Source: Pedosphaera sp. (lineage in GTDB: Bacteria > Verrucomicrobiota > Verrucomicrobiia > Limisphaerales > SIBH01). Taken from it: 64,000 bases of DNA. Under the pieces are notes generated by a model, which had not been told where the DNA came from, made no database searches, and worked only from the letters and a program-made list of their open reading frames with translations. The stretch covers positions 96,001 to 160,000 of the forward strand of contig JANOQV010000184.1 of the NCBI GenBank assembly GCA_031414955.1. The letters run 5' to 3'. Position 1 is the first letter of the stretch, and each line of letters begins with the position of its first letter. A program made the translations under genes and the position numbers. Positions 18,871 to 27,875 of this stretch are shown piece after piece.

Positions 18871-20367
18871 TTAATAAATCCTCAGGTTGTCCACCATCAC
18901 GCAGCGTCGCACACGCGTGAAGGTCTTCGGGTTGGTCACGCCTTCGCCGGTCGGCGTCGCGATGCTGTAGCTGAGATAACCTTCACCACCGAGACCGAGA
19001 CCAGCCATGCACGGGCCGTTCTTGATGAAGAGCGTCGTGTCGAGCGCGCGACCCATCGCAGTGAGCGCCTCCAAGTCATGCGAGTGAATGATGCTGGTGT
19101 GCTTGTAGCCATGCTCGGCTTCGAGCGAGCGGGCGACGCCCTCTTCAAGATTCTTCACGCGCGTGATCGGGACGAACGGCATCATCTGCTCCTCGACGAC
19201 GAACGGATGATCCGCGCCAGTCTCCGCGAAAAGAAGCTGCGTGCCGGGCGGGATGTTCAGCCCCGCCGCCTTCGCGAGCACGATGGGGTCTTTGCCGATG
19301 AAATCCTTGTTCACGCTCGCATGACCGCAGCCGCCGCCCTGGCCGGGCGTGATGGTGAACGCCGCTTTGGTGAGCGCGTCGAGTTGAGCGTTGCTCAATC
19401 GCACCGCGCCGTTCTGTTCCATCTGCGCCATCAACTTGTCGGCTATCTTGTCGAGCGCGAATACTTCCTTCTCGCCGATGCAGAGCAGATTGTTGTCGAA
19501 GCTCGCGCCTTGAATGATGGCCTTGGCCGCGCGCGTCATGCACGCGGTGTCATCCACATAGACGGGCGGATTGCCCGGCCCGGCACAGATGGCGCGCTTG
19601 CCGGTTTGCATCGCGGCCTTCACCACGCCCGGCCCGCCCGTGACGAGCAGCAGTCGCACCGCTTCGTGTTTGCACATGGCCGCGAAGCTTTCCATCGAGG
19701 GCTTGGAGATGATGGTCGCGATGTTCTCGATGCCCGTCTCGCGATAGATGGCTTCGTTGTAAGCGCGAATGGCTACAGCAGCGCAACGCGCGGCGGCCGG
19801 ATGGGGATTGAACACAACGGCATTTCCCGCTGCACAAATGTTCACGATATTGCCGCTGAGCGTCGGGATGGAATGCGTGCTCGGCGTGACTGCGCCGACG
19901 ACACCGAACGGTGTGTATTCCTCCAGCGTGATGCCATGATCGCCGCTGCGCGCATCCGGCCGCAGCCACTCGACGCCCGGCACGAGCTTGATGATTTCCA
20001 ACTTCGCGATCTTGTGGTCGAGCCGCCCGATCTTCGTCTCGTCGAGTTCGAGCTTGCCCCACGTTTCCGCGTTGGCCTCCGCCATCGCTTTCACGATCTC
20101 GACGATCTTCACGCGCGCGGCGACGCCCTTCTGCTGAAGTTGCAGGAAAGCTTCGTGCGCGGCGGCGCAAGCATCGCTCGCGTCCTCGAACACACCGAGG
20201 TTACCACGCCGAGCGGGGCTACTGCTGGACACACTCTTGCCATTGCAGCCGCAATCATGCTTGGCGGCGGGTGCAGGAGCCGGCGCTGCCGTCGGTGCCG
20301 CGCCGCCCAAGCGGCCCAGCACCTCGGCCACCACATCACGAATCAAAGTTTCGTTCACTGAGCTCAT
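18871..20367 (-). CDS. CoA-acylating aldehyde dehydrogenase (EutE/PduP-like) with N-terminal encapsulation peptide
   Basis: 'NETLIRDVVAEVLGRL', 'PFGVVGAVTPST', 'TGGPGVV', 'GPGNPP', 'FDNNLLCIGEKE'. Confidence 0.93.
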   Translation of the reverse strand: MSSVNETLIRDVVAEVLGRLGGAAPTAAPAPAPAAKHDCGCNGKSVSSSSPARRGNLGVFEDASDACAAAHEAFLQLQQKGVAARVKIVEIVKAMAEANAETWGKLELDETKIGRLDHKIAKLEIIKLVPGVEWLRPDARSGDHGITLEEYTPFGVVGAVTPSTHSIPTLSGNIVNICAAGNAVVFNPHPAAARCAAVAIRAYNEAIYRETGIENIATIISKPSMESFAAMCKHEAVRLLLVTGGPGVVKAAMQTGKRAICAGPGNPPVYVDDTACMTRAAKAIIQGASFDNNLLCIGEKEVFALDKIADKLMAQMEQNGAVRLSNAQLDALTKAAFTITPGQGGGCGHASVNKDFIGKDPIVLAKAAGLNIPPGTQLLFAETGADHPFVVEEQMMPFVPITRVKNLEEGVARSLEAEHGYKHTSIIHSHDLEALTAMGRALDTTLFIKNGPCMAGLGLGGEGYLSYSIATPTGEGVTNPKTFTRVRRCVMVDNLRIY

Positions 20368-20372
20368 AATTT

Positions 20373-21233
20373 TTAGTTCTTCAGCCGCTTGGCTTTCTTC
20401 GCTGATTGCGTCAGCGCGAGGTAATTTTCGTTGGTGACAACTTTGCGCCCGCTGCGCTGTTCCAGTTCACGCCGCGCGTTGCCTGCGACCGTGCCACCCT
20501 CGTGCGCCGCCTGTTTGTTTGGATCAAATCCCTGCGTGTCTTTGTTGCGCGTGATCTCCGTCGTCGCCGCCTCGCCCAGCATCGAGAAGATGAGTTCGAG
20601 GTCGCTCATGTGGTCGCGCAAGTTCTCGCGCTTGAGTTTCTTGAACTCGGCGTATTCCGTCGGCGTGAGTCCGAACGTCGCCTTAGAAATCTCCGCCGTA
20701 AGGATCGAGTATTCGCGCTGTTCCTTCACGCCGCGCTTCTTCCACTCGTCGGTAAGTTCGTCGCGGATGGCGATGGAGCGCAGCCGCTTCTCAATCCAGT
20801 CGTCGGAGTAACCCTTGGCCTTGTAGATCGCGCGCGTGCGCTTGGTCGCCAGTTCCGGGTCTTCAATTTCCTGGATGCGCTCGTAGCCAACCTTGGCGAG
20901 CCAGCGTTTGAACGGCTCGGCTTTAGGGCTGGGGATGGATTGAATCAGGCGGAAGATGCCCTCAGTGTTCCAGCACTGAAGCGATTGCCGTCCGCCGGCT
21001 GTCTCGAACTCCAAGCCAAGGGGGGGGGCAATTTGCCCCCCCCCTTTGAGAGCTTCGGCCAATTGCAGGTCACGCTTGCGCATGTCCTTAAAATAGCCTT
21101 GTGGATTCGCCGAATCCGTCAGCACCGCCACGATGTCCGTGATGACAAACCACCACTCATTCCCATGAATGACGCGGCGGATTTCCTTCCGCTGAAACAG
21201 CGCGAGGCGTCGCTCTGGTGGTTGGTCGCTCAT
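20373..21233 (-). CDS. Bro-N domain (phage antirepressor-like) DNA-binding protein
   Basis: 'IRRV...WWFVITDIV', 'LIQSIPSPKAEPFKRWLAKVGYERI', 'ENLRDHM'. Confidence 0.88.
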   Translation of the reverse strand: MSDQPPERRLALFQRKEIRRVIHGNEWWFVITDIVAVLTDSANPQGYFKDMRKRDLQLAEALKGGGQIAPPLGLEFETAGGRQSLQCWNTEGIFRLIQSIPSPKAEPFKRWLAKVGYERIQEIEDPELATKRTRAIYKAKGYSDDWIEKRLRSIAIRDELTDEWKKRGVKEQREYSILTAEISKATFGLTPTEYAEFKKLKRENLRDHMSDLELIFSMLGEAATTEITRNKDTQGFDPNKQAAHEGGTVAGNARRELEQRSGRKVVTNENYLALTQSAKKAKRLKN

Positions 21234-21242
21234 CTTGGCTCG

Positions 21243-21554
21243 TCAGCTCCTCGCGCTGTAAATCTCTTTCCCCAGCACGTCCACGGAATCAACGATGCCG
21301 ATGATGACGGCATCCACCGGGGCGTCTTTCATGCCGCCGGCAAGGCGGGCGCTGCTGCCCTGGCAGAACAGCACGAGTTCATTGATGCCCGCGCCCAGGC
21401 TGTCCACGGCCACGATGGTGTTCGCGCCGGGACGGAACTTGGTGGGGTCTTTTTCATCCACCAATTGCGGGCGCAGCAGGAGCAGCTTGCGGCCGTTCAT
21501 GCTGGCCTCTTTCTTGGTGGAGACCACGGAGCCTTCGACGCGTGCGAGGAACAT
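21243..21554 (-). CDS. BMC-P pentamer vertex protein (EutN/CcmL family)
   Basis: 'MFLARVEGSVVSTKK', 'VAVDSLGAG', 'QGSSAR', 'PVDAVIIGIVD'. Confidence 0.95.
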   Translation of the reverse strand: MFLARVEGSVVSTKKEASMNGRKLLLLRPQLVDEKDPTKFRPGANTIVAVDSLGAGINELVLFCQGSSARLAGGMKDAPVDAVIIGIVDSVDVLGKEIYSARS

Positions 21555-21556
21555 AA

Positions 21557-21641
21557 AAGTAATCAGTTATCAGTGTTCAGTAATCAGTGGAAACAGCCGC
21601 ACGTCGCGACTGAATACTGATTACTGGGTCACTGATTACTT
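21557..21641. repeat. Heptamer (AATCAGT-type) inverted-repeat hairpin filling a gene junction
   Basis: AAGTAATCAGTTATCAGTGTTCAGTAATCAGT versus ACTGAATACTGATTACTGGGTCACTGATTACTT. Confidence 0.88.
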
Positions 21642-21920
21642 CTTCTTGGGCAACACGGCGTCCACGTCCGAGTGCGGGCGGGCGATGACATGCACGCTCA
21701 CGACTTCGCCCTTGATGGCCTTGATGGCCTGGGCACCGGCGTCGGTGGCGGCCTTCACGGCGGCGACATCGCCGACCACGACGGCGGTGACGAGCGCGTT
21801 GCCGACCTGGGTCATCGGGCCGGCGAGCTCGACGTTCGCGGCCTTGAGCATCGCGTCCGTGCCCTCGACGAGAGCCACGAGACCGCGGGTTTCAATCATT
21901 CCAATTGCTAGTTGTGCCAT
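21636..21920 (-). CDS. BMC-H hexamer shell protein
   Basis: 'AIGMIETRG...DAMLKAANV...GDVAAVKAA...VIARPH'. Confidence 0.96.
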   Translation of the reverse strand: MAQLAIGMIETRGLVALVEGTDAMLKAANVELAGPMTQVGNALVTAVVVGDVAAVKAATDAGAQAIKAIKGEVVSVHVIARPHSDVDAVLPKKK

Positions 21921-21956
21921 ATGTTTTCTTTGTGTTGATGGTTAAGAGTTAGAAAT

Positions 21957-23150
21957 TCAGTTATTCGAGTTTTCCAAGAGTCGTTTGGTTTCGCGGGCCA
22001 CGACGAGTTCCTCATTCGTCGGAATCACCAGCACCTTCACGCGCGAGTTCGTGGCGCTGATGACAGCTTCGGTGGCGCGGGTGGAATTGTTTTTCTCCGA
22101 GTCGAGCACGATGCCGAGCTGGTCGAGGTTCGCGCAAATCGCGGCGCGCAGTTCGGCGCGGTTCTCGCCGATGCCGGCGGTGAACACGATGGCGTCGGCA
22201 CCGTTCATCTGGAGGAAGTAGCCACCGATCCAGCGGCGGGCTTCGCTGACGAATACGTCAATCGCAAGCTTGGCCTTGGCGTTGCCCTTCGAGGCGGCGT
22301 CCTGGATGTCGCGAATGTCGTTCGAGAGCCCGCCGGCAAGCCCCTTCAATCCGCCTTCCTTGGCAAACTGGCGTTGAGCCTCTTCGATCGAGAGGCCGAG
22401 TGTCTTGACGACATAGGGCAGGGCCTCGGCATCAAGATCGCCCACGCGATTGTTGTGCGGCAAACCGGACTGCGGACTCATACCGAGACTGTTGCCGATG
22501 GCCACGCCGTTCAGGATGCCCGTGATGCTCGAACTGCCGCCGAGGTGGCAGGAGATGACGCGCAGCGGCGTGTTATGTGCGACGGACTTGTTGCCATTCA
22601 CGTAGAGGCTTTGCGCACGGGCGGCGACGTCTGCCCGTTCAAGCATTTCCGCACTGCGCTCAGCGATGAACTTGTGGCTCGCGCCATGAAAGCCCCAGCG
22701 ACGCACGCCGATGTCGTGCCAGGAATCCGGCACGGCGTAGCGCATCATCGGCTCAGGCGCGAACTGATAGAAGGCGGTCTCGAACAGACCGACCAGCGGC
22801 ACCGCCGGCATCCGCTGAGCGAAGAGGCGAATGCCGGTGATGTAGGGCGGATTGTGCGCCGGCGCGAGGCCGTTGTAATCCTCCATCGCCTTCAGCACGC
22901 GCGCATCAAGCCGCACACAGCCAGTCACATCCTTCGCGATGACGGTCTTAAAGCCAACGGCTGCGAGTTCGCTTTCGTTGGCGATGGCCCCGGCTTCCTT
23001 GAGCTGCGCGAGGCAATCCTCAATCGCCTTGGGATAATCGGTCACGCGCTCGAAGCCGCCCTTGTGGAGCAGCTTCTCGGCGCTGTTCGAGAAGTCGAAC
23101 AGGCGCCACTTGAGCGAGGTCGAGCCGATGTTGGCGATCAGAATCTTCAT
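21957..23150 (-). CDS. ackA: Acetate/propionate kinase
   Basis: 'NIGSTSLK', 'APAHNP', 'RRWGFHGASH', 'CHLGG', 'FTAGIGEN', 'IPTNEE'. Confidence 0.92.
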   Translation of the reverse strand: MKILIANIGSTSLKWRLFDFSNSAEKLLHKGGFERVTDYPKAIEDCLAQLKEAGAIANESELAAVGFKTVIAKDVTGCVRLDARVLKAMEDYNGLAPAHNPPYITGIRLFAQRMPAVPLVGLFETAFYQFAPEPMMRYAVPDSWHDIGVRRWGFHGASHKFIAERSAEMLERADVAARAQSLYVNGNKSVAHNTPLRVISCHLGGSSSITGILNGVAIGNSLGMSPQSGLPHNNRVGDLDAEALPYVVKTLGLSIEEAQRQFAKEGGLKGLAGGLSNDIRDIQDAASKGNAKAKLAIDVFVSEARRWIGGYFLQMNGADAIVFTAGIGENRAELRAAICANLDQLGIVLDSEKNNSTRATEAVISATNSRVKVLVIPTNEELVVARETKRLLENSNN

Positions 23151-23152
23151 TA

Positions 23153-23241
23153 GCGCGGAGCGCGGAATGCGGAGTGCGGAACACTTAATCCGATGCGCGG
23201 CAGCTTGTGCTGTTCCGCGTTTCGAGTTCCGCGTTCCGCGT
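23153..23241. repeat. Heptamer (GCGGAAC-type) inverted-repeat hairpin at the BMC-H/ackA junction
   Basis: Arms 23153-23182 and 23212-23241. Confidence 0.85.
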
Positions 23242-23520
23242 TCATTGCAGCCACTTGCCGAGAACTGCCAGTCCGTCGTGCGGGCGCGGAATCACCTGCA
23301 CGCTGACGATGGAGCCGACTTGCGAAGCCGCAGCCGCGCCGGCGTCCACAGCCGCCTTCACGCTGGCGACGTCGCCACGGAAAAACGCCGTGACATAGCC
23401 GGAGCCAATTTTTTCCCAGCCGGTGAAGGTGACGTTCGCGGATTTGAGCGCGGCGTCCACGGCCTCGAAGAGGGCGCAGAGGCCTTTGCACTCGATCATG
23501 CCAATTGCTTGTTGAGCCAT
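23242..23520 (-). CDS. BMC-H hexamer shell protein
   Basis: 'AIGMIECKG...DAALKSANV...[10 protein letters not shown]...VIPRPH'. Confidence 0.96.
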   Translation of the reverse strand: MAQQAIGMIECKGLCALFEAVDAALKSANVTFTGWEKIGSGYVTAFFRGDVASVKAAVDAGAAAASQVGSIVSVQVIPRPHDGLAVLGKWLQ

Positions 23521-23556
23521 AATGTTTCTTAAAAGTTGATGGTTGAGTGTTGAGAG

Positions 23557-23847
23557 CTATTTCTTCACCGCAGCGACGTCGCCGAAGAAAATCTTGCCAA
23601 GATCCTCGTGCGGACGGGCAATGACGTGGCTGGCCACGAGTTCGCCAACCTTGCCGGCGGCCTTGCTGCCCGCGTCCACGGCGGCTTTCACGCTCGCGAC
23701 ATCGCCCCGGCAGATGACGGTGATGAGACCGCCCCCGATGGAGATGGTCTTGGTGATGGTGATGTTTGCAGCCTTGGCCATGGCATCAGTAGCTTCGATG
23801 CTTCCGGTGTAGCCCTTCGTTTCGATCATGCCGATTGCTTCGCTCAT
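23557..23847 (-). CDS. BMC-H hexamer shell protein
   Basis: 'AIGMIETKG...DAMAKAANI...[10 protein letters not shown]...VIARPH'. Confidence 0.96.
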   Translation of the reverse strand: MSEAIGMIETKGYTGSIEATDAMAKAANITITKTISIGGGLITVICRGDVASVKAAVDAGSKAAGKVGELVASHVIARPHEDLGKIFFGDVAAVKK

Positions 23848-23887
23848 AGTTTGTTATTTGTTGGGTTGATAAAATGGTTGGGAAAAA

Positions 23888-23968
23888 GTGAAGAGTTGAA
23901 GGGTTGAAGAGGCAAAACAGCGGCGGCGGGTTGAACTCTTCAACCCTTCACCTTTCAACTCTTCAACT
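23888..23968. repeat. Octamer (GTTGAAGA-type) inverted-repeat hairpin at the PduL/BMC-H junction
   Basis: GTGAAGAGTTGAAGGGTTGAAGAG versus CTCTTCAACCCTTCACCTTTCAACTCTTCAACT. Confidence 0.82.
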
Positions 23969-23975
23969 CGGGATT

Positions 23976-24656
23976 TCATTTAATCAGTTCGCACGACGTG
24001 TCCGGCTGCAAGTTGCAGGCATTGCCCTCGTCGGTGTCGATGTGAACTTCCAGCTTGAAACTCTTGTCCACGCGGCAGAGCATCCGGTCGAGCGTGATGC
24101 CGCAGTCGCCGCCAATTTTCAGTTTCATCCAGTCGCCCTGCTTCACGCCGTAGTAATCCGCATCCGTCGGTCCCAAATGGGCATGGCGCAGGGCGCGAAT
24201 AATGCCGGACTCCATCTCGAAGAAACCCGCCGGCCCCATCAACATGCCGCCGAGCGTGCCTTTAATGTCGCCGGAACTGCGGAGCGGCAAGTCAAAGCCC
24301 AGCGCGATGCCGTCCGTGTAAGCCAGTTCGACCTGGTTCAACGTCCGGCACGGGCCGAGGATGCGGAGATTGGAAATGACGCGGCTGCGCGGCCCCACGA
24401 GCGTCACTGCCTCCTTCGCCGCGAACTGCCCATCCTGGTAAAGCCACTTGTGAACCTGAAGCTGATGCCCCTTGCCGAAGAGCGCCTCGACGGCTTCTTG
24501 AGTGAGATGGCAATGGCGGGCGCTGATGTTCACCACCAAGGGATTCGGTGAGGAAGCCGCGCTGGGCAATGATTTGCCGAGCCGGGCGTAAACCGATTGC
24601 CGAACCAAGTGCTCGACGACGGCACGGTGCGGAGGCGATTGGATTGCCTGTGACAT
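23976..24656 (-). CDS. pduL: PduL-type phosphate acyltransferase with N-terminal encapsulation peptide
   Basis: 'SARHCHLT', 'LRILGPCR', 'ALRHAH', 'HIDTDEGNA'; N-terminal 'VVEHLVRQSVYARL'. Confidence 0.93.
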   Translation of the reverse strand: MSQAIQSPPHRAVVEHLVRQSVYARLGKSLPSAASSPNPLVVNISARHCHLTQEAVEALFGKGHQLQVHKWLYQDGQFAAKEAVTLVGPRSRVISNLRILGPCRTLNQVELAYTDGIALGFDLPLRSSGDIKGTLGGMLMGPAGFFEMESGIIRALRHAHLGPTDADYYGVKQGDWMKLKIGGDCGITLDRMLCRVDKSFKLEVHIDTDEGNACNLQPDTSCELIK

Positions 24657-24699
24657 TGGGGTTGTTATCGGAATGTTTTGAAACTTAGTCAAATGAATT

Positions 24700-24747
24700 A
24701 TTGCAATATCTATCACAATCTTCCACGGTTCTGATAGATAATGCAAT
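24700..24747. promoter_or_regulatory. Candidate DeoR operator in the divergent BMC/deoR promoter region
   Basis: ATTGCAATATCTATCA-N16-TGATAGATAATGCAAT, 15/16 inverted repeat at the end of the AT-rich 84-bp gap, overlapping the deoR ATG. Confidence 0.6.
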
Positions 24748-25619
24748 CCGAAGAGCGCCAGAAGCGGTTTGAAGAGCACCTTTCCAAGGTGGAATTCTCC
24801 TCATTGGATGAGCTTTCTGAGCTTGTAGACGCTTCGATTTCGACGGTCCGGCGCGATTTGGATCTTTTGGAAAGCAAAGGTATCCTTCGCCGAACTCACG
24901 GTGGGGCCATGCTGGTCAACTCCAAATCGGACGAATTCACCTTTTCTGCCCGGGATACCCATCAGTTGGATGAGAAGGAAGCCATCGGGAAGGCTTGCGC
25001 GGAGTTTATTGCCCCCAATCAGACGGTAATTGTGGATGCGGGGACGACCTGTTTCCATGTCGCGAAGTATCTGGAGCCCAAGACCCCGCATATCATTACC
25101 AACTCCCTGCCGGTCGCGAACCTGTTCTCTTCGGTGGGCAAGATGGAGGTCGTGGTCAGCGGTGGTGTGATTTATCCGAAGCTGGGTGTGCTGGTCGGGC
25201 CGCTGGCAGTAGCGTCGTTCGGGCAGGTTCATGCGGACGCGGCCATCATGAGTTGCGGCGGCCTGACGCCGGAGGGCGTGACCAATTCCCATGGACTGCT
25301 CATCGAGATACAGCGCGCCATGATGCAGGCGGCGGCACGGGTCATTCTGTGCGTGGACCATACCAAGTTTGGCCGGCAATCCATCAGCCGGCTCTGCGGG
25401 TTGGATGCCGTCGACACAATCATCACGAATGTTCTGCCGCCGGCGGAAATGCAGGCCGCACTGGAGAAGGCCGGCGTGGAACTCATCGTCGCCGCGCCGG
25501 ATGGCCCGAAGGTCATTTTGCGCAACCAGCCCAAGACTCCGCGCCCGGCCTTGCGCAAGCTCTCCCCTGCTCCAGCCCCGATGGGCATCTCAACCGAGCA
25601 CGACGGCTTCATCGACTAG
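24741..25619 (+). CDS. DeoR/GlpR-family transcriptional regulator
   Basis: 'STVRRDL...LRRTHGGA', 'EKEAIG', 'VDAGTT', 'ITNSL', 'DHTKFG'. Confidence 0.94.
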   Translation: MQSEERQKRFEEHLSKVEFSSLDELSELVDASISTVRRDLDLLESKGILRRTHGGAMLVNSKSDEFTFSARDTHQLDEKEAIGKACAEFIAPNQTVIVDAGTTCFHVAKYLEPKTPHIITNSLPVANLFSSVGKMEVVVSGGVIYPKLGVLVGPLAVASFGQVHADAAIMSCGGLTPEGVTNSHGLLIEIQRAMMQAAARVILCVDHTKFGRQSISRLCGLDAVDTIITNVLPPAEMQAALEKAGVELIVAAPDGPKVILRNQPKTPRPALRKLSPAPAPMGISTEHDGFID

Positions 25620-25628
25620 CCGCTACTT

Positions 25629-26483
25629 GTGGACAGCAACGACTACGCACTCGTCCCGCTGGCCAACGGCACGTTCAGCATCCGCCTGATCGCGAACGGG
25701 GAGACGTTTCATCCGGTCATCGGGCCGATGGCGGAGGCAGAGGCGCTCTACATCCGGCAACTGAAACTGCGCGAACGCGCTCCGGTGGAAGACAAGTTCG
25801 TCATCTGGGACATCGGACTCGGCGCGGGCGGCAATGTGCTGACCACGCTGCACCAACTGAAGGACGTGCCGGCTCATCACCATGTCGTGAGCTTCGACCA
25901 CACGCTCGGCGCATTGTCCTTCGCGCTTGAACACGCCGTAGCCCTCCAGTTTCCCGTCGGACTGGAAAGCGTGCTGGAGGAATTGCTCCGGACGCATCGG
26001 GTGGAGTTTCGCCACGGCGCGCTGCAAGTGACTTGGGAAGTTCATGTCGACGATTTTCCGGCCGCAGTGACCGGCGCGACCTTGGCCTGGCCCGCGCCGC
26101 ACGCCATTTTCTTCGACGCCTTTTCGCCCGCGCGAAATCCGGCCATGTGGACTCTGTCGCTGTTTGAAAACCTGTTCCGCCGTCTCGACCCGCAGCGTCC
26201 CTGCTCACTCGCCACGTATTCCCGGAGCACCATCCCGCGTGTCACGCTCTTGCTGGCGGGATTTTTTGTAGGCGCGGGCGATCCCGTGGCGGCGAAGAAT
26301 GAGACCACGATCGCGTCGAACAGTCTGGGACTCATCGAACGCCCGTTGGGCGCGCGCTGGCTGGAACGGGCCCGCACTTCGCACAGCGCCGAGCCGCTCT
26401 ACGCCGCCGAATACCGGATCGCGCCGCTGGCCCCGGAGACGTGGACGCGGCTCTTTGCGCATCCGCAGTTTGCCCCGTCTTAG
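25629..26483 (+). CDS. MnmC/MnmD-like SAM methyltransferase
   Basis: 'GETFHP', 'DIGLGAGGN', 'FFDAFSPARNPAMW', 'LATYS'. Confidence 0.8.
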   Translation: MDSNDYALVPLANGTFSIRLIANGETFHPVIGPMAEAEALYIRQLKLRERAPVEDKFVIWDIGLGAGGNVLTTLHQLKDVPAHHHVVSFDHTLGALSFALEHAVALQFPVGLESVLEELLRTHRVEFRHGALQVTWEVHVDDFPAAVTGATLAWPAPHAIFFDAFSPARNPAMWTLSLFENLFRRLDPQRPCSLATYSRSTIPRVTLLLAGFFVGAGDPVAAKNETTIASNSLGLIERPLGARWLERARTSHSAEPLYAAEYRIAPLAPETWTRLFAHPQFAPS

Positions 26484-26800
26484 CTGGAGCGATGCTGTTC
26501 AACCACGAATGGACTCGAATCCACGCGAATAAGAACCGGCCTAGAGCCAGTCATGCACTTTGATTTGCCACCAGGCACTGTCAGCATTTTCTCAGACATG
26601 GGATGGATGGGCGCGACACGGTGGAAAAGCGGGAGCAGCGTCAAGGCAAGCCCTGAAGGGGATCGGGAGATTGACCGCCGTGGCCGAGTCGCCGCCGGTT
26701 CAAGCTGGGGATTATCATCAACAACAGAATCTCTCGGGCGATGGCCGGGTAGATTTCACGCCCGGCGAAGCTGGAAGGGTGGCCTCATTCCTGGTCGAGA

Positions 26801-27019
26801 ATGAGTGCGGAACAACCCGTCGAGTTGGAAGGAACCATCGCCACGGTGCCGCCGGGGACGATGTTTCGCGTGGTGCTGGACAACAAACACGAGGCGCTCG
26901 CGCACATCTCAGGCAAGCTGTGCAAACATTTCGTGCGCCCGACCGTCGGCGACCGGGTGCCCATCGAGATATCGCCCTACGATCTGAGCGAGGCCCGAAT
27001 CACCCACCGGCTGCGTTGA
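26801..27019 (+). CDS. infA: Translation initiation factor IF-1 (divergent copy)
   Basis: 72 aa; 'ELEG', 'MFRV', 'LAHISGK', 'GDRV', 'SPYDL'. Confidence 0.88.
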   Translation: MSAEQPVELEGTIATVPPGTMFRVVLDNKHEALAHISGKLCKHFVRPTVGDRVPIEISPYDLSEARITHRLR

Positions 27020-27031
27020 ACGGCTTGCTCC

Positions 27032-27646
27032 CTATCTTGCTTCTGGCGGGTTGAGGTGGAGTCCCTGCAATTCCCGCGCGTATTGGGCCAGCGTCGGCAG
27101 GCCGATTTTACGCCGTCGTGCTTCGACCTTCTTCAGATCGTCCATGGGCTGCGGGGCAAATCGCCCGCCCGCCTGCACGAACTGCGTTCCGTACTTCTGC
27201 TTCTTGCCGGATGCGAGCAGCACTCGATCGGTGAGGAAGGCCAGGTCGTGTCGCGACACCTCGCCAGCGCGCGCCGACTCCATGAGATCGAGGCACTGCT
27301 TCTGGAACGCCGGATCCTCATCGGCGTGCTGGGCCACCAGCCAGGCCGCGTGCGCGGCCAGTTCGCCCACCAGACTGCGACCGGGCCAGCCGAATTGCCG
27401 GATCATGGCCCGTAATTCCTCCCGGTTTTCCCGGTCGATGCGCTGGATCGTGCCCCGCAGGTTGGTGTTCATCGGTTGCGCGGAGGCGGCCTGCCTGGCT
27501 TCCTCATCCCGTTCCGCCAGGCGCAGCAGCACGCTGCCGAGTTGCGTGTTGATTTGCGGCGGCATGGAGGTAGCGCAGCCGAGAACCAGCAACCAACCCA
27601 GCAAACACCAGCCTTGCATCCAATTTCCGCCGCGAGATTTTCCCAT
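27032..27646 (-). CDS. DUF6624-like putative lipoprotein
   Basis: Lipobox-like 'LVLGC'; 'FGWPGRSLVG', 'AWLVAQHAD', 'LTDRV', 'QKYGTQ'; start uncertain. Confidence 0.75.
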   Translation of the reverse strand: MGKSRGGNWMQGWCLLGWLLVLGCATSMPPQINTQLGSVLLRLAERDEEARQAASAQPMNTNLRGTIQRIDRENREELRAMIRQFGWPGRSLVGELAAHAAWLVAQHADEDPAFQKQCLDLMESARAGEVSRHDLAFLTDRVLLASGKKQKYGTQFVQAGGRFAPQPMDDLKKVEARRRKIGLPTLAQYARELQGLHLNPPEAR

Positions 27647-27875
27647 GCACCCAGCTTGACTGAAGTCCGGCAGCGCACGAAAGCGATTCTTTGGCCCGGG
27701 CATTTCGGGGTCCGCGGCTGGGAGGGGCGGCTCCACCCGGCGGGGGGGCTGGATCTTGTGCTTGATGCTCTCCGGCCTCTCGCCCCGCGGGCGGAGTCAG
27801 AACAAGGCTTTTGGCTAACAGCCCCAACTGCGCCCCGCGCCGGGCCATCTCTGGCTCCAACTGTTCTTTGCCGGA

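Noticed and set aside
12821..21233. Integron cassette array or prophage
   Set aside because: No integrase, attC-like sites or phage structural genes; passengers are interleaved with core BMC genes
26484..26800. Possible ncRNA or riboswitch upstream of infA
   Set aside because: Only a half repeat (CACGAATGGACTCGAAT, similar to 37905-37922) is visible; no recognisable RNA family, and an Rfam search would be needed
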